Of a stretch of DNA of 64,000 nt, positions 1-14,682 are shown in pieces. A program made the position numbers and the translations under genes. The stretch is from the NCBI GenBank assembly GCA_965215365.1, contig CBDCDS010000003.1:1024001-1088000 (forward strand). The letters run 5' to 3'. Under the pieces are notes generated by a model that saw only the letters and a program-made list of their open reading frames with translations, had not been told where the DNA came from and ran no database searches. Source of the DNA: Gammaproteobacteria bacterium. GTDB taxonomy: Bacteria > Pseudomonadota > Gammaproteobacteria > Eutrophobiales > Eutrophobiaceae. Each line of letters starts with the position of its first letter. The stretch's first letter is position 1.

Positions 1-1
1 G

Positions 2-943
2 GCGGGGCTGCCCGAAGGCGACATCCTGGAGCTGGGCGCCGGGTCCGGGATTATGGCCCGGGATCTGCTGCTGGAACTGCAAGCATGCGCGGCATTGCCG
101 GCCAACTACCTGATCCTGGAAACCAGCGCAGACTTGCGCCAACGCCAAAAGGAGCTGTTTTGCGCCGACATTCCCCAGTTGTTGCCGCGCATTATCTGGC
201 TGGAGACGCTGCCCGAGCAACCATTGCGCGGAGCCATCATCGCTAATGAGGTGTTGGATGCGTTGCCCGTGGTGCGGGTGGCGCCGGCGAACGGGGTGTT
301 GCGCGAGCTGCGCGTAGGCCATGACGGCGCTGATTTCTGTTGGCTGGAGATGCCGTGTCGGGATGATCGAATCGGCGCGGCCTGGGCAAGTATCAGCGCT
401 GAGCTGCCAGCACCATTGCCCGCCCCCTACCGCACCGAGATAAACCTGCGCGCCGGCGTCTGGCTGCGTTCTCTGAGTGACCTGTTGCAGCAAGGCCTGA
501 TGTTATTGATCGACTACGGTTATCCTCGCCACGAGTATTACCATCCCCAACGGAACACGGGAACCCTGCTCTGCCATTACCGGCACCGCGCCCATGCCAA
601 CCCGTTTCTTTATCCCGGCTTGCAGGACATCACCGCCTCAGTGGATTTTACCGCCGTCGCCGAGTTCGCCCTGGAATGCGGCCTGCAACTGGCCGGTTAT
701 ACCAGTCAGACTCATTTCCTCATCGGTTGCGGCCTGGACGAACTGGTCGTGTCGGCGCAGGACGGTGCCGCGCAACCCGCCCCCGCCATTGCCGCACAGG
801 TAAAACGCCTGACCTTGCCGGGGGAAATGGGCGAACGCTTCAAGGCCATTGCCTTTACCCGGGATTTCCCGCAACCGTTGCTGGGCTTTCAATTCATGGA
901 CCAGCAGGAGCAATTATGGAGAGGGCGCCGCCGAGCCAGCTGA
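2..943 (+). CDS. SAM-dependent methyltransferase, MidA/NDUFAF7 family (5' truncated by window)
   Basis: Frame is open from base 2: DILELGAGSG SAM motif, then ANEVLDALP, LIDYG, QDITASVDF and GEMGERFK motifs typical of MidA/NDUFAF7. Confidence 0.85.
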   Translation, partial: AGLPEGDILELGAGSGIMARDLLLELQACAALPANYLILETSADLRQRQKELFCADIPQLLPRIIWLETLPEQPLRGAIIANEVLDALPVVRVAPANGVLRELRVGHDGADFCWLEMPCRDDRIGAAWASISAELPAPLPAPYRTEINLRAGVWLRSLSDLLQQGLMLLIDYGYPRHEYYHPQRNTGTLLCHYRHRAHANPFLYPGLQDITASVDFTAVAEFALECGLQLAGYTSQTHFLIGCGLDELVVSAQDGAAQPAPAIAAQVKRLTLPGEMGERFKAIAFTRDFPQPLLGFQFMDQQEQLWRGRRRAS

Positions 944-1734
944 TGGACATCCTGCAAGCAATCATCCTGGGCCTGCTGCAGGGGCTCACCGAGTTCCTGC
1001 CTATCAGCAGTTCCGCCCACCTGATCCTGCTGCCAGAGCTGGCAGGCTGGGATGATCAGGGCCTGCTGTACGATGTCGGCGCGCATTTCGGCAGCCTGCT
1101 GGCGTTACTGCTTTATTTCAGAAAAGACCTGGCGCGCATGAGCGCCGGGTGGGTCGCTTCATTCAGCGCCGGGCCTGACCGCGAGGCAGAACTGGTCTGG
1201 TTAGTGCTCATTGCCACCGTGCCGATCGGTCTGGCCGGCCTGTTGCTGCATCAGGAGACCGCGCACCTGCGCGAGCCGCTGGTTATCGCCGGCGCGACGG
1301 TATTGTTCGGGCTGCTACTGTGGTGGTCGGATCGCTATGGCAAGCGGGAGCGCGGCTTATATCGCTTGGGAGTCCGGGACGCTATCGTGATCGGCCTGTT
1401 CCAGGCATTAGCCATGATTCCCGGCGCCTCCCGCGCCGGTGTCACCATGACTGCCGCACTGCTGCTGGGCCTGAACCGGGAAGCCGCCAGTCGCTTTTCC
1501 TTCCTGCTGGCAATCCCCACCATCCTGATGGCCTCTGGCAATGAATTGCTCAAGGTCTCATTATCCACAGCGCAAGTGGACTGGGCCGCACTGCTTACCG
1601 TAAGCGCAGTAGCGTTCATCAGCGCCTATCTCACCATCCACGGGTTCCTGAAACTGGTCGAGCGCACCGGGATGCTGCCTTACGTCATTTACCGCCTGGT
1701 CCTGGGCGGCGTTTTATTCGCCCTGTTTATCTGA
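943..1734 (+). CDS. uppP: Undecaprenyl-diphosphate phosphatase
   Basis: QGLTEFLPISSSAH and PGASRAG motifs, hydrophobic protein; ATG at 943 overlaps the upstream TGA. Confidence 0.95.
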   Translation: MDILQAIILGLLQGLTEFLPISSSAHLILLPELAGWDDQGLLYDVGAHFGSLLALLLYFRKDLARMSAGWVASFSAGPDREAELVWLVLIATVPIGLAGLLLHQETAHLREPLVIAGATVLFGLLLWWSDRYGKRERGLYRLGVRDAIVIGLFQALAMIPGASRAGVTMTAALLLGLNREAASRFSFLLAIPTILMASGNELLKVSLSTAQVDWAALLTVSAVAFISAYLTIHGFLKLVERTGMLPYVIYRLVLGGVLFALFI

Positions 1735-1892
1735 ACTCCTGCGCGGCTTGCCCTGAAAACATCCTGACATATACGCGAAATGCTGTTGACAGCCCTGGCG
1801 GCAACTGGTAGGTTGGCAGCCCATGGACGGGGGTGAAATGGCTTTCCGACTTGGAACGAAACAGATAATAACCGTCAACGCAGGCATCCCGA

Positions 1893-2693
1893 ATGAACAG
1901 CCCCGCAACAGCCGCCGACTATATAGCCTTCCTAGAAGAACTCGTCGAACAGGCCGGGCGGATTCCGCTTGAGTATTTCCGTAGCGACCTGGTCGTTACG
2001 GACAAACGGGGGCAGGGCGGGGCTTTCGATCCGGTCACCCGGGCCGACCGGGAAACGGAACAGTTCATTCGCGACAGAATCGCTGCCGCCTATCCCGAGC
2101 ATGGCATTATCGGCGAGGAGTTCGGCACCACCCGGGCGGACGCGGATTTGACCTGGTTGATCGACCCCATCGACGGCACGCGCGGGTTTGTCTCCGGCAC
2201 GCCCATGTGGGGGGTGCTGGTGGGCTTGAAACAGGGCAATGAATGTCTGGCCGGCGCCATGCGCCAACCCTACACCGAGGAAACCTGGATAGGCGACGGT
2301 AGCGTTGCGCATTTCATCCGCCACCGGCAACGTTCCCGGCTCAGGGTGCGTAATCAGGCAAGGCTGGCAGATGCCATCGTTTGTTGCACCCACCCGGCCA
2401 TGTACCCGACTGAGGCGACGCGGCAGAAATTCCTAGATGTGGTTGCCAGCTGCCGGTTTTCCCGCTACGGCACAGAATGCCTGGGCTACGGTATGCTGGC
2501 AAGCGGTTACGTGGACCTGGTGCTCGAAGGCGGCTTGTCGGCCTACGACATCATGCCGTTGATCCCCATCGTGGAAGGTGCCGGCGGCATCATTACCAAC
2601 TGGCAGGGCGAAGCCGCGCTGAACGGCGGTCTGATCGTTGCCGCCTCCTGCAGACAGTTGCACGAAGAAGCCCTGGAATACCTGGCGTTCTGA
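1893..2693 (+). CDS. Inositol monophosphatase family protein, probable histidinol-phosphate phosphatase (HisN-like)
   Basis: DPVTRADRETE, GEE, WLIDPIDGT and YDIMPLIPIVEGAGG motifs. Confidence 0.8.
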   Translation: MNSPATAADYIAFLEELVEQAGRIPLEYFRSDLVVTDKRGQGGAFDPVTRADRETEQFIRDRIAAAYPEHGIIGEEFGTTRADADLTWLIDPIDGTRGFVSGTPMWGVLVGLKQGNECLAGAMRQPYTEETWIGDGSVAHFIRHRQRSRLRVRNQARLADAIVCCTHPAMYPTEATRQKFLDVVASCRFSRYGTECLGYGMLASGYVDLVLEGGLSAYDIMPLIPIVEGAGGIITNWQGEAALNGGLIVAASCRQLHEEALEYLAF

Positions 2694-2761
2694 TCCTCCT
2701 GAATCGACAGCCGCATTTTGTGGTAATCTCTATCCCGTGAAATTTTGCGCCGCCACGGATA

Positions 2762-3253
2762 ATGAACGTGATAGACGAATTGCTGCTTAACAACGCCCGT
2801 TATGCGGAAAATTTTGACAAGGGCGACCTGCCCGGTCCGCCGGGCTACCAACTGGCCGTGGTGGCCTGTATGGATGCGCGTCTGGACCCGCACCGGGCGC
2901 TTGGTCTTAAAGAGGGCGATGCCCACGTCATCCGCAATGCCGGCGGTGTGGTCAGCGAAGATGTGATTCGTTCACTGGTGATTTCCCAGCGCTTGCTGGG
3001 CACTCGGGAAGTCGCATTGATTCAGCACACCGACTGTGGCATGCTGACCTTCCGTGATGATGAGGTCAAAGACCGTATTGAAGCCGAGACCGGCCTGCGT
3101 CCGGCGTTTGCCTTAGAAGCATTCAGGGACCTGGAACAGAATGTGCGCCAGTCTCTGGCCCGCATACATGCCAGCCCGTTTCTCCCCCATAAGGATCAGG
3201 TGCGCGGGTTCATCTACGATTGCGCTACGGGCCGCCTCAACGAGGTAACCTGA
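2762..3253 (+). CDS. Beta-class carbonic anhydrase (clade D)
   Basis: Zn ligands in CMDAR and HTDC, plus RNAGG motif; short 163 aa form. Confidence 0.9.
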   Translation: MNVIDELLLNNARYAENFDKGDLPGPPGYQLAVVACMDARLDPHRALGLKEGDAHVIRNAGGVVSEDVIRSLVISQRLLGTREVALIQHTDCGMLTFRDDEVKDRIEAETGLRPAFALEAFRDLEQNVRQSLARIHASPFLPHKDQVRGFIYDCATGRLNEVT

Positions 3254-3348
3254 GCGGTAACCGTCAGGGTAACTGTAACCTGTGCCGATACAGCGAGTCT
3301 TACCGCATGCGACCACTTCCCGACTCACTTAACCCGCAGCTCTCACCC

Positions 3349-3449
3349 AGTCGCTTGTTGCCTTGTGAAACATGATTACTATCAATAAGTTATGATAATA
3401 CTGCTGCTCTTTCCCCATAACACACTGCGCTTGATGCGCCCTCGCTGGT
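3349..3449 (+). repeat. 101-bp dispersed repeat, copy 1 (copy 2 at 60237-60337)
   Basis: Manual alignment gives 7 mismatches in 101 bp; contains TATCAATAAGTTA (3380-3392), matching the IHF consensus WATCAANNNNTTR. Confidence 0.85.
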
Positions 3450-3466
3450 TGCCGGACAACCGTTCC

Positions 3467-4530
3467 ATGAAAAGCATCACCCTGTTATTCCTGCTTTGTT
3501 GCACTACTCTGGTTTACAGCCAGGGGCAGGCACAGCAGGCGGCGCCGGTCCGGTACACGGAAGCGCTGCGGCAGCCGGTCCAGCAGACCGTGGAGTTACC
3601 AGGCTACCTGGAAGCGCCCTACGTCAGCGTGCTGGCGAGTGAAGTGGAAGGACTGGTGGCCGAACTTAAGGTGCGGGAAGGGCAGCAGGTGACCCGAGGC
3701 CAGCCCCTGGTCGTACTGCGCACCACGGCGCTGGCGTTGCAGCTACAAGCTGCCGAGGCGCGTCTGGCGGAGGCCGAGGCGCGGCGCAAGCTGGCGCAAA
3801 CCAGCCTGACGCGGGCGCAGGGACTGGTAGAGAAAAACACCATCTCACGCCAGCAATTAGATGAGGCCCGCTATGAGTTCGAGGCCTGGCAGGGTCGCAT
3901 TGACACGCTGCGCGCCGAGGCGGCCTCGATCCGGCATGACATCGAACGCAGCACGCTGCGGGCGCCGTTCGACGGCATCATCATTGCCCGCTATACCGAG
4001 GTGGGGCAGTGGCGCGACGCCGGCGCCGGGTTGCTGGAGCTGTTGTCCGACGAAGCCCAGGAAGTCCACGTGGATGTCCCCGAACAATACTTCAGTGAAT
4101 TGCAAACCGGCGCGCCGGTAACCGTCACGTTCGATTCCGTCCCCGGGCGGGAATACCCGGCCTCTATCCGCGCCGTCATTCCCCGCGCTGACCCGGCCGC
4201 CCGCACGTTTCCGGTGAAGCTCCGGCTCCGCGCAACCCATGCTGAAATCGGTGCCGGCATGGCTGCGCGCGCGGCCTTGCAACTGGGCGAACCGACCCCC
4301 GGTACCTTGGTGCCCAAGGATGCACTGGTGCGCCAGGGCGACAACACCTTGGTATTCCTGGTGAAGCAGGGCAGCGCTTTGCTCACGCCGGTGACGGTGG
4401 GCGCGGCCATGGGGGTCTGGGTGGTGGTAAGCGGTGCGGTGTCAGCGGGCGACAAGGTGGTCACGCGCGGCAACGAGAGGTTGTTCCCGGGCCAGCCCAT
4501 CGCGGCTGAACCCCTGGCGTATCCGCGGCC

Positions 4531-4534
<4 letters not shown>
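3467..4534 (+). CDS. RND efflux periplasmic adaptor (MFP) subunit
   Basis: Signal peptide, lipoyl halves (VREGQQVTRGQPL; LRAPFDG), helical hairpin, GDKVVTRG; directly upstream of an RND permease. Confidence 0.9.
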
Positions 4535-8552
<4,018 letters not shown>

Positions 8553-8600
8553 CTACCCAAGCTTAACTCAGAGTAACAGAGCAAAAACTCAATCACCGGA

Positions 8601-9515
8601 TCAAATCCTGCTGGCAGGTGGTTTTGTATTCAAGGATTTGCGACCAAGCAAATTTTTAACCAGCAGGTCAGCGATATCTACGGGACAGACCCATTGCAGG
8701 CCGCGCCAGGCGGGTACACTATTCACCTCTAACACTAGGTAATTACCATGCGTGTCGAGAATGATATCAACGCCACCATAAAGAATACCCGTAGCCTGCG
8801 CGGCGCTTTCAGCCAGACTGCGTAGTTTGGGGGTGAGTTCGGCCGGGCGGCATTCGCCGCCGCGGGCGCGGTTGGTGATCCAGTGTTCCGAGACGCGTTC
8901 CATGGCGGCGACTGCCTGGTGGTTAATGACAAAAACCCGCCAATCCCGGCCGTTACGTCCGGCTTGGTCGATGAAACGTTGCAGGTAATACACGCCGTTA
9001 ATGAGCTCCGTATCCAGTTGGTAATTCCGGCCATCGATCAGTTGCAGCCCGCGACCGCAGTTGCCGAACAAGGGCTTCTGCACCACAGCATGACCGTTAT
9101 CCAGTTGCGTGCGGATCACTGCATGGGCCGTTGCTGCGCTGGCACATACCCACACCGGCGGCGTGGGCACCCGGCACTGCCGCAGCAGGAAGCTGGTCAT
9201 GGCTTTGTCCACGGTGCGCTCAATGCTGCGCGCGTCGTTATACACCACCACCCCCGACGCGTGCAGCGCGTGCAGGAGGTCGAGCCGGAACGTCACCTCC
9301 TCAAACGTGCCTGCGGCGATGGCGCGTACAAAGGCCGCATCCGGCAGGGTATCCGTAAAGCCGGGAATGTACAGCCCGGTGGGAGACTGTTCGCTGTCAA
9401 AACGACACTGTGTCAGGGACAGGACTTGGGTGCGTACGCCATCAGCCGCAAAGGCAGCTGCCAGTTGTTGCTCATGCCAGCCGTCGTTCTCGGAAAATAT
9501 GACGATTTGTTTCAT
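8601..9515 (-). CDS. RimK-family ATP-grasp alpha-L-glutamate ligase (Orf5/MptN-like)
   Basis: IERTVDKAMTSFLL, KPLFGNCGRG, DWRVFV, WITNRARGG and LEVNSVPAW motifs. Confidence 0.8.
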   Translation of the reverse strand: MKQIVIFSENDGWHEQQLAAAFAADGVRTQVLSLTQCRFDSEQSPTGLYIPGFTDTLPDAAFVRAIAAGTFEEVTFRLDLLHALHASGVVVYNDARSIERTVDKAMTSFLLRQCRVPTPPVWVCASAATAHAVIRTQLDNGHAVVQKPLFGNCGRGLQLIDGRNYQLDTELINGVYYLQRFIDQAGRNGRDWRVFVINHQAVAAMERVSEHWITNRARGGECRPAELTPKLRSLAESAAQATGILYGGVDIILDTHGNYLVLEVNSVPAWRGLQWVCPVDIADLLVKNLLGRKSLNTKPPASRI

Positions 9516-9540
9516 AAGTTGAGAATTATAATGCCAACCC

Positions 9541-10680
9541 ATGGACAATAAATCACTGATCATCATCGGTGCCAGTGCCAGGGCCGCGGCGGAATCTGCC
9601 TGGCGCGCCGGCTACAGCCCGTACTGGCTGGACCAGTTCGGTGATGAAGACCTGCGTCAGCGTTTTCCGGGCCAGACTATCACTGATTATCCGCAGCAGG
9701 CGACCGAACTGATTGAGCAGGCGCCAGCGGCGCCCTTCATCTACACCGGTGCCATGGAAAATTACCCGGAGGTGCTGGACGCGCTAGGCCGACACCGATG
9801 CTTGCTGGGTAATCCTGTGCAGGTTTGCCTCAACACCAGCGACCCGTTCCGCTTGCACGACTTGTTCGAGCAAAGCCGGATTTCCAGCCCTGAAGTACGG
9901 GCCGATGCCCACGTTGGCATAGACCCACGCGTCTGGCTGGTGAAACCCTTGCACGGTGCCGGTGGTGCCGGCATCAGGTTCTGCCAGGAGGCCGACATTG
10001 GCTCCGGTACTGGCTCCGGCATAGATGTCTCCGGCATGGGCTCCAAATCTGGCCCTGACTGTTATCTGCAACAGTATCTGCCCGGCGACAGCTACTCGGC
10101 GGTGTTTGTTGGCACCCGAGACGGCAGCCGGTTACTCGGCGTCACGCGCCAACTGGTTGGTGTGCCGGAATTTCACGCCCCACAGTTCGGCTATTGCGGC
10201 AGTATCGGTCCGGTCGAGTTGGCCACAGCAGAAAGACAGCAATGGGAACGAATCGGCGCAGTACTGGTCGCGGAATTTCAACTGCGCGGACTGTTCGGCG
10301 TGGATGCAATCCGGCACGATGGCAGGGTGCATCCGGTCGAGGTCAACCCCCGCTACACCGCCTCGGTGGAAGTGTTGGAACTGGCCCTGGAGGTGCAAGC
10401 GTTGCAACTCCACTGCCAGGCCTGCGCCGGGCAGCCAATCGAAGTAACAGTCCGGCCACCCCACCGCCTCATCGGCAAAGCCATCCTGTATGCGCCGGCT
10501 GACCTGGTTTTCAAGGCAGTCCCACCGCACGGCTTCTCCGGCGCCGACATCCCCCCCACCGGCGCCCACATCAAGCAGGGTCACCCGGTACTCACCATCA
10601 TAGTGAATGGAACCGCGATTGACGCGATAAATCAGGAGTTGAAGCAAGCGGCAGGGTATATTATGCAGGGGATACAATAA
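9541..10680 (+). CDS. ATP-grasp ligase (OrfY-like, methylofuran/H4MPT pathway associated)
   Basis: N-terminal GASARAAAESAWRAGY..LDQFGDED, KPLHGAGGAGI, GLFGVD and EVNPRYTAS; divergent from the RimK-like gene. Confidence 0.7.
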   Translation: MDNKSLIIIGASARAAAESAWRAGYSPYWLDQFGDEDLRQRFPGQTITDYPQQATELIEQAPAAPFIYTGAMENYPEVLDALGRHRCLLGNPVQVCLNTSDPFRLHDLFEQSRISSPEVRADAHVGIDPRVWLVKPLHGAGGAGIRFCQEADIGSGTGSGIDVSGMGSKSGPDCYLQQYLPGDSYSAVFVGTRDGSRLLGVTRQLVGVPEFHAPQFGYCGSIGPVELATAERQQWERIGAVLVAEFQLRGLFGVDAIRHDGRVHPVEVNPRYTASVEVLELALEVQALQLHCQACAGQPIEVTVRPPHRLIGKAILYAPADLVFKAVPPHGFSGADIPPTGAHIKQGHPVLTIIVNGTAIDAINQELKQAAGYIMQGIQ

Positions 10681-10753
10681 TCCCGGAATTTTTTACTCTG
10701 ACCCCGGATACGGATAGAATACCCTGTTTGTAACGTTGAGAGAGAGAGAGACA

Positions 10754-11308
10754 TTGGAACAATTCCGAGGAACAACCATCCTGTCGGTGCGGCGGGGTGA
10801 TAAAGTGGTAGTGGGTGGAGACGGTCAGGTATCTCTGGGTGATACCGTGATGAAAGGCAATGCCAGCAAGATCAGAAAGCTGTACCGGGAGCAGGTCCTG
10901 GCCGGCTTTGCCGGTGGCACGGCGGATGCTTTCACCCTGTTTGAACGCTTTGAGGCCAAGCTGGAATCCTACCAGGGCCAGCTGGTGCGCGCCGCAGTGG
11001 AACTGGCCAAGGACTGGCGCACAGACCGCATGTTGCGACGTCTGGAAGCCATGCTATGCGTCGCCGATAAATCCAATTCACTGCTGATCTCGGGCAACGG
11101 CGACGTGATAGAACCGGAGAGCGGCATCATGGCCATCGGTTCCGGCGGCGCCTTTGCCAAGGCCGCAGCGCAGGCGTTGCTGGAAAATACGGAACTGGAT
11201 GCGCGTGCCATTGTCGAAAAAGGGTTACACATTGCCGCCGACATCTGCATTTACTCGAACCGCAACCTCACCATAGAAGAATTGCCTTGTGCAGGAGCAA
11301 AAAAATAA
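10754..11308 (+). CDS. hslV: ATP-dependent protease subunit HslV
   Basis: TTILSVRR N-terminal Thr, [18 protein letters not shown]; TTG start after an AG-rich SD. Confidence 0.97.
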   Translation: MEQFRGTTILSVRRGDKVVVGGDGQVSLGDTVMKGNASKIRKLYREQVLAGFAGGTADAFTLFERFEAKLESYQGQLVRAAVELAKDWRTDRMLRRLEAMLCVADKSNSLLISGNGDVIEPESGIMAIGSGGAFAKAAAQALLENTELDARAIVEKGLHIAADICIYSNRNLTIEELPCAGAKK

Positions 11309-11361
11309 TGGAAGCGCAAAAAATAGTGCCAGCCCAAAAAAAAATGGAAACCCGGGAAAGG

Positions 11362-12684
11362 ATGGAAGCGCTCACACCCAAGCAGATCGTGGCCGAGCTG
11401 GACAAGCATATTATCGGCCAGGATGCCGCCAAGCGGGCCGTGGCAATTGCGCTGCGCAACCGCTGGCGCCGCTCCCGGGTCGATGAAACATTGAGAAACG
11501 AGATCACGCCCAAGAATATCCTGATGATAGGCCCCACCGGGGTGGGCAAGACGGAGATCGCGCGCCGCCTGGCTAAACTCGCCAACGCGCCCTTCATCAA
11601 GGTTGAGGCGACCAAGTTTACCGAAGTGGGCTATGTCGGCAGGGATGTCGAGTCCATCGTGCGCGATCTGGCAGATGTGGCGGTAAAACTGACCCGTGAG
11701 GAAGAGCTGGAAAAGGTGCGCGACCGGGCCGAACAGGCCGCGCAGAATCGGGTGCTGGATATTCTGTTGCCACCGCCGCGTACGGGCGCCGAGGAAGAGG
11801 AGCAGCCCAATGCCACCAGAGACAAATTTCTGGTCTTGCTCAACAACGGTGAGCTGGATGACAAAGAGATAGAGATAGAAGTGAATATGCCGGCAATAGG
11901 CGTGGAAATTATGGCGCCGCCGGGCATGGAAGAGATGACCAGCCAGTTGCAGGGCTTGTTCCAGAGCATGGGCAGCGAAAAAAAGCGCACCAGAAAAGTG
12001 CACATCAGGGAGGCGCTGAAGATCCTGGCGGAGGAAGAAGCCGCCAAAATGGTGAACGAGGACGAGATCAAACTGCACGCGCTGGAAAATGTGGAACAAA
12101 ATGGCCTGGTATTCCTCGATGAGATAGACAAGGTTACGCGCCGCGCCGAGGTCAGCGGCGCCGATGTCTCCAGGGAAGGGGTGCAGCGCGACCTGTTGCC
12201 GCTGGTGGAAGGTTCCACGGTAACGACCCGCTACGGTATGGTAAAAACCGACCATATCCTGTTCATCGCCTCCGGCGCCTTCCATTATTCCAAGCCCTCC
12301 GATCTGATCCCGGAATTGCAGGGGCGCCTGCCGATACGGGTGGAACTCGAGGCCCTGGGTGTGGAGGAATTCAGCCGTATTCTGGTGGAACCGGACGCGT
12401 CGCTGACGCAGCAATACCAGGCGCTGATGCAGACCGAGCAGGTGCGCCTGTCATTTTCCAAAGACGGTATTGCCCGTATCGCCGAAATAGCCTGGCAGGT
12501 GAACGAGTCCACCGAAAATATCGGCGCCCGGCGCTTGCATACGGTGATGGAGCGATTGCTGGAGTCGTTATCTTTTGAAGCCCCGGAGCAGCGCGATAAA
12601 TCCTTCACCGTCGATGCCGGCTACGTGGACGAACACCTGAATGAATTGATCAAGGATGAGGATTTGACCCGGTATATTTTATGA
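11362..12684 (+). CDS. hslU: ATP-dependent protease ATPase subunit HslU (alternative start 11308)
   Basis: [25 protein letters not shown]-terminal DLTRYIL. Confidence 0.97.
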   Translation: MEALTPKQIVAELDKHIIGQDAAKRAVAIALRNRWRRSRVDETLRNEITPKNILMIGPTGVGKTEIARRLAKLANAPFIKVEATKFTEVGYVGRDVESIVRDLADVAVKLTREEELEKVRDRAEQAAQNRVLDILLPPPRTGAEEEEQPNATRDKFLVLLNNGELDDKEIEIEVNMPAIGVEIMAPPGMEEMTSQLQGLFQSMGSEKKRTRKVHIREALKILAEEEAAKMVNEDEIKLHALENVEQNGLVFLDEIDKVTRRAEVSGADVSREGVQRDLLPLVEGSTVTTRYGMVKTDHILFIASGAFHYSKPSDLIPELQGRLPIRVELEALGVEEFSRILVEPDASLTQQYQALMQTEQVRLSFSKDGIARIAEIAWQVNESTENIGARRLHTVMERLLESLSFEAPEQRDKSFTVDAGYVDEHLNELIKDEDLTRYIL

Positions 12685-13034
12685 GGCCAGTGGCCGTCAA
12701 CCTGAAGCAGAAGTCACGCTGCCTGGTGCTGGAATACGAAGACGGCAGCAGTTTCAGCCTGAGTTGCGAGTTGTTGCGGGTGTATTCACCCTCGGCGGAA
12801 GTGCGCGGGCATGGCCCCGGTCAGGAGATCCTGCAGACCGGTAAGGAAAACGTCAATATCGATTCAGTTGAACCGATGGGTAGTTACGCGCTGAAGCTGT
12901 GCTTTGACGACGGGCACAATTCCGGCATTTATACCTGGGATTATCTGTATCAGCTGGGCCAGGACCAGGCACGCCTCTGGCAATCCTATCTGGCGGCGTT
13001 GGAAAAGGCTGGCTACACCCGTCAGACACCATGA
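12681..13034 (+). CDS. DUF971 / gamma-butyrobetaine hydroxylase-like N-terminal domain protein
   Basis: [16 protein letters not shown] and [12 protein letters not shown]; usual position between hslU and ubiE. Confidence 0.88.
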   Translation: MRPVAVNLKQKSRCLVLEYEDGSSFSLSCELLRVYSPSAEVRGHGPGQEILQTGKENVNIDSVEPMGSYALKLCFDDGHNSGIYTWDYLYQLGQDQARLWQSYLAALEKAGYTRQTP

Positions 13035-13765
13035 ACGACCGCGTCGATTTCGGTTTCCACAAGGTCGCGCCGGAAGAGAAGGCCCGGCGGGTGGGAGAAG
13101 TGTTCAGTTCGGTTGCCGCGCGCTATGATTTGATGAACGACCTGATGTCGTTCGGCATTCACCGGTTGTGGAAACGGCTGTGTGTACACCTAGCTGGTGT
13201 ACCGTCTGGCAGCAGGGTGCTGGACCTCGCCGCCGGCACCGGCGATTTGGCCGCGCGGCTGCAGCAGTCGGGTTACGAGGTGGTTGCCTGCGATATCAAC
13301 GAGGCCATGCTCAATGCCGGGCGGGACAAGCTGGCCGATCGCGGCTTGGTGCGGGATGTCCACTATGTGCAGGCGGATGCAGAGCGGCTGCCATTTGCCG
13401 AGAACAGCTTCGACTGTGCCACGCTGGCCTTCGGCCTGCGCAATATGACCGACAAGCCGGCGGCGCTGCGCGCCATTCACGGCGGGTTAAAATACGGCGG
13501 TCAGCTCCTGATTTTAGAATTCTCCCGGGTCAGCTCCGGGTTACTCAGGAAGGTATATGACACCTACTCATTCCATGCCATCCCGGCCCTGGGTAAACTG
13601 GTATTGCAGGACTCGGACAGCTATCAGTACCTGGTCGAGTCCATCAGAATGCACCCGGACCAGGATCGCCTGAAAACCATGCTGGAGCAAGCCGGTTTCG
13701 CCCGTGTGGATTACCTGAACCTGTCTGGCGGCATCGTCGCGCTGCACCGGGGATACAAGCTCTAA
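13031..13765 (+). CDS. ubiE: Ubiquinone/menaquinone C-methyltransferase
   Basis: [38 protein letters not shown]. Confidence 0.96.
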   Translation: MNDRVDFGFHKVAPEEKARRVGEVFSSVAARYDLMNDLMSFGIHRLWKRLCVHLAGVPSGSRVLDLAAGTGDLAARLQQSGYEVVACDINEAMLNAGRDKLADRGLVRDVHYVQADAERLPFAENSFDCATLAFGLRNMTDKPAALRAIHGGLKYGGQLLILEFSRVSSGLLRKVYDTYSFHAIPALGKLVLQDSDSYQYLVESIRMHPDQDRLKTMLEQAGFARVDYLNLSGGIVALHRGYKL

Positions 13766-13792
13766 GGCGCCTCTATACAGCTTGTTTGTCCA

Positions 13793-14599
13793 TCAATTTG
13801 ATTCCGTGTTGACCTCGTTGATCGGATTGCTCAGCACATCGCCGAGGCTGCCGGGACTGCCGCTCCCGTCCTGACCATTCCCCCGACCATTCCTGCCGCA
13901 CTTGCCGGTTTGATCGTCTGATACAGTGATTGCGCTCCAGCGCCCGCAGTTGACCTTTCCGTTTGCCTTGATCTGTGCGCCACCACGCACCACCGCAGTT
14001 CCAAAAACTTCTGCATAGTCAGAAACATAACTACCTGTACCCGTAACCTTCGCATCCCCGTAAACCTTTGCGTCGATGCGGGCGCCATTCAGGATTTTTG
14101 CATTGCCGAAAACTTCTCCCCCCTTGACCCAGGCAGAATCCACTCTGGCATTGCCATAAACTCGGGCCATATCCGCAACGAGGCCGTTGCCAAGGATAAC
14201 CGCATTGCCGGATACCTGGGCGCCATCGGATACCGTGGAGTTAACCACTCTGGCATTGCCATAAACTCGGGCATTCGCAACGAGGCTATTGCCGCGGACA
14301 ACCGCATTGCCGGATACCTGGGCGCCATCAGATACCTGGGAGTTAATCACTCTGGCATTGCCGCAAACGGTTGACAAGGGTCCAACATAGACGGCACTAC
14401 CCACCTGTGCCGTGCCGGCAACCCAACCGCCCCCATTGGGATGAGGCGCGCCCTGAGTTTCCGTCCCGCAAGCTGCAACCGGTCCACTATGGCCACCTGC
14501 ACAACCGCCGGCAAGCTGATCTGCCGTATCGCAAGCTGCAGCCAGCCTACCTGCCAGCGTCAAGGCGATAAATATCGTGGTGAAAAGTTTTAATTGCAT
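13793..14599 (-). CDS. Secreted left-handed beta-helix (hexapeptide-like) repeat protein, paralog 1
   Basis: Signal peptide, HPNGGGWVA motif, repeated (V/I)xGNAxV units, Cys-containing C-terminus CGRW...TGKCG. Confidence 0.75.
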   Translation of the reverse strand: MQLKLFTTIFIALTLAGRLAAACDTADQLAGGCAGGHSGPVAACGTETQGAPHPNGGGWVAGTAQVGSAVYVGPLSTVCGNARVINSQVSDGAQVSGNAVVRGNSLVANARVYGNARVVNSTVSDGAQVSGNAVILGNGLVADMARVYGNARVDSAWVKGGEVFGNAKILNGARIDAKVYGDAKVTGTGSYVSDYAEVFGTAVVRGGAQIKANGKVNCGRWSAITVSDDQTGKCGRNGRGNGQDGSGSPGSLGDVLSNPINEVNTESN

Positions 14600-14682
14600 T
14601 AGAATTCTCCGAATGCAATAGCAGGGCATTGCATCTATTTATTCGTCAATATTATAGGCAACCTCGTGTAATAGAGGTGCCC

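Noticed and set aside
3392-3466. Shared N-terminus MIILLLFPHN in ORFs 3392 and 60280
   Set aside because: Result of the non-coding 101-bp repeat; the adaptor's signal peptide starts at 3467.
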